A DNA stretch of 40,883 nucleotides from an uncultured Thermococci archaeon (GTDB lineage Archaea > Methanobacteriota_B > Thermococci > Thermococcales > CAYNOZ01). The translations under genes and the position numbers were made by a program. Within the stretch, counting starts at the first letter, position 1. The number at the start of each line of letters is the position of its first letter. Below, piece by piece: positions 38,564 to 40,883 of the stretch. Location: contig CAYNOZ010000004.1 in NCBI GenBank assembly GCA_964398955.1, positions 1 to 40,883 of the forward strand, read 5' to 3'. The notes beneath the pieces are model-generated. The model was not told where the DNA came from, searched no databases, and was given only the letters and a program-made list of their open reading frames with translations.

Positions 38564-39044
38564 CACAAATCAACCTTATAAACCTCTGTCTTAAAATTCG
38601 AAACCTCCAATCATCCAAAAATTATTATTCACTTCAAATTCAATTCTTGAAGTTTTTTTACTAAATTTAAAGTAACAATAGGTCCACCACTACTTCAATA
38701 TTTAATCTATTTTGGATTAAAGGCGATAAAACCCTTGGCTTATCATATGAGTCATTTCTTTAAACCCAAAAGGTTCGTATTTATTATAATGATTTTTTGT
38801 CTGTCAGATCCTAAATATTTATCGTTTACTACATTTCTTGATACTCTCTTTAGACCATTAGAGGAGTTAAAACTTATAATTGTTTTGATATTTTTAGCAA
38901 CTATTTAGAATGTTTTTGTATCCTTAACCGATAATTAATTTGATCTTTGTTTATTCAATCCAAAAACTAGCTTTTTAGTGTTATTAGTTTTGATATGGGT
39001 AGAAAACTTTTAAAGGGTTGATTTAATTAGTTATATCGATCAGA

Positions 39045-40238
39045 ATGATAATCTCATGGCTAGGTTTTTTCATTGCAATTGCTATATTACTACTGGGATC
39101 GAAGAAGAATCTTGGTTTAGCTCTTATAACTGCCGGTATAGTGCTAGGTTTATTTACATTGAGCTTAGAAAGTACTCTAAATCAAGCTTTAATAACTCTT
39201 CAAGACCCTTCAGTTATCACATTAACTGTAGCACTTACTATGATACCTATAATTGGAGGAGTGCTTCAAGAGAGTGGTGAATTAGATCATATTGTTGAAA
39301 ATTTAAGAATTGGTAAAAAGCCTTTTTTGGGATTATCACCAGCTTTGTTAGGGTTATTACCTATTCCAGGAGGTGCACTATTTTCTGCCCCTCTAATAGA
39401 TAAGGCTGGAGAAGATCTGGCAGGACATATTAAAGCTGGAATTAATATTTGGTTTAGACATGTACTTTTCTTTATATATCCTTTAGCTCCAGCATTAATT
39501 GTACCAGCAAAAATTGCAAATTTATCTGTTTACACAATAATAAAATTTCAACTCCCATTTTTCATTATCACAATAGCTTTAGGATATATATTCTTATTAA
39601 GAAAGGCTGATGGAGAGATGGATTATTCTAGTAAATTTTCTTTAAAAAATCTTATGCCCCCTTTAGCAGTAGTATTATTAGCTCCAATATTAGACTTTAC
39701 TCTTCAAACCATCTTCAAATTTGAAGTAACTGAAATATCAACTTTAATAGCTATCTTCAGTAGTTTAACATTAGCCATTTACATAATTGATTCAAGAAAA
39801 AAAATTCTAAAACTATCAATAAAAGAAATGGAACCCTGGAACTTCACAATTCTTATGCTAGGAATATTCTTCTTCATAAACGTATTCGAATCTTCGGGAA
39901 TCGGTAACTTAATAGCTAATCTATCATTATCAAAACTTACCCTAAGCGTAGGAGTAGGATTTATATTAGGACTAGCAACAGGCAGAATCAACTTACCTGC
40001 ATCAATCATAATCCCTATATTCATAACCAGCTTCGCATACGAACAATTACCACCAGTTATCTTCTCCCTAATATATGTATCAGTGTTCATGGGATATGTA
40101 ATCACACCAGTACACCCTTGTGTAGGAATCTCACTAGAATACTTCAAAAGCGACATGACAAATTACCTTAAATTAATGACCGCCCCCATAATAGTCTCCT
40201 TACTAATAGCAGTTGCCATATACTTCATAAACTTCTAA
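39045..40238 (+). CDS. DUF401-family membrane protein
   Basis: PALLGLLP.PGGA.FSAP, N.WFRH....YPL.P and G....P.H.C......YF; many TM helices. Confidence 0.85.
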   Translation: MIISWLGFFIAIAILLLGSKKNLGLALITAGIVLGLFTLSLESTLNQALITLQDPSVITLTVALTMIPIIGGVLQESGELDHIVENLRIGKKPFLGLSPALLGLLPIPGGALFSAPLIDKAGEDLAGHIKAGINIWFRHVLFFIYPLAPALIVPAKIANLSVYTIIKFQLPFFIITIALGYIFLLRKADGEMDYSSKFSLKNLMPPLAVVLLAPILDFTLQTIFKFEVTEISTLIAIFSSLTLAIYIIDSRKKILKLSIKEMEPWNFTILMLGIFFFINVFESSGIGNLIANLSLSKLTLSVGVGFILGLATGRINLPASIIIPIFITSFAYEQLPPVIFSLIYVSVFMGYVITPVHPCVGISLEYFKSDMTNYLKLMTAPIIVSLLIAVAIYFINF

Positions 40239-40595
40239 AAAAGGTTTTAACTTTTCTCATCACTTTTAATTTTAAAAAAACCTTACAAACCTACTAATAA
40301 CCTTAAAGCAATATAATTTAAGACATCTACCTCTATAGAAGAGTTAGTGGAGAAACCTCCAAAACTTGTCATGAGAGTGGGCTCAATAAACTTAAGATTT
40401 CGTATTTCTCACAGATCTTACTTTCTGAAGTCAAATTTTGGTAAATTAGATGAAACAATTCACAATAACCAGTTTGATTAATAAGGAAGGATTTTATTAA
40501 CTTTAAACTTTAAAAAAAAGATAAACGCTTTATTATAACAATAGCACAGATTCTAACCAAGTTAACTTCGTATTCATGCAAACTAAAGATGAGAA

Positions 40596-40883
40596 TTATC
40601 TTTTCGTGGTTGGGTAAGACTCCTCTCTTTAGGAAGAGGATACACCCAACTGTAACTTTAAATAATCTTAATACTAAATAAAGATAACTGGCAGTTGGTT
40701 GGGAGTCTGCCTCAACAAAAAGCCATCCCATGCCTTTTGAGGCAATGAATGAAGCCTCAGACCAACACCCAAGGTTAGGTAAAATCGAATGCAGCAGGTA
40801 AGCTCAAAACCGTTTTCGGTGTAGAGTATAGTGGTAGTGTGGAGCTACCAGGGAGAATAAGGGAACCAATACGAGTTAATATA
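40596..40883 (+). mobile_element. ORF-less structured IS200/IS605-type element, copy B (truncated by window end)
   Basis: Shares blocks TTATCTTTTCGTGGTTGG, AGGATACACC, AGTTGGTTGGGAGTCTG, ATCCCATGCCTTTTGAGGCA, AAGCCTCAGAC, CAAGGTTAGGTAA, GTGGAGCT.CCAGGGA and AGAATAAGGGAACCAAT with the reverse complement of 17161-17428. Confidence 0.7.

Noticed and set aside
2245-39780. Many antisense or alternate-frame ORFs in the track (e.g. 2691-3011, 3857-4309, 10780-11148, 19259-19807, 34042-34392)
   Set aside because: They shadow well-supported genes and have low-complexity Ser/Phe/Leu composition without motifs.
40350-40388. GAAACCTCCAAAACTTGTCATGAGAGTGGGCTCAA as another decayed IS605 right end
   Set aside because: The stem pairs poorly and there is no convincing TnpB tail upstream; too degenerate to support.
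40510-40731. 73-aa minus-strand ORF
   Set aside because: It overlaps repeat copy B, and the aligned part of copy A has no equivalent ORF in the track.
1-40883. CRISPR array, integrase or provirus, including at tRNA-Gly
   Set aside because: I saw no regularly spaced repeats, cas genes, integrase or duplicated tRNA 3' end.

Overview
AT-rich chromosomal window from an archaeon. The TATA-like TTTA(A/T)A boxes, GGAGGT/GGTGAT Shine-Dalgarno sites, DUF371, FmdE-like domain, SufC/SufB-only Fe-S system, CCA-less tRNA-Gly and acidic secreted proteins suggest an anaerobic, probably halophilic euryarchaeote (inference). Housekeeping content: mobB, truA, DUF371, a thioredoxin, enolase, a complete ask-asd-hom-thrB-thrC threonine operon, malic enzyme with a two-subunit fumarase, an NhaC-family transporter, tRNA-Gly(CCC) and DUF401. 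Five things stand out. (1) A five-gene SipW signal peptidase plus four paralogous TasA/CalY-like secreted subunits, which looks like a multi-subunit archaeal fibre or pilus system. (2) A ~400-nt ORF-less, highly structured element with IS200/IS605-type ends, present twice in opposite orientations (17022-17428 and 40596-end), with compensatory base changes between copies. (3) Two further tnpB/IS605 remnants, one an isolated right-end (omega-RNA-type) segment directly behind thrC. (4) A ~13.5-kb metal/Fe-S cofactor island. (5) Four small ORFs below the ORF-track cut-off, and kb-scale switches in strand composition that do not follow coding direction. All family calls come from motif recognition by eye; no searches were run.
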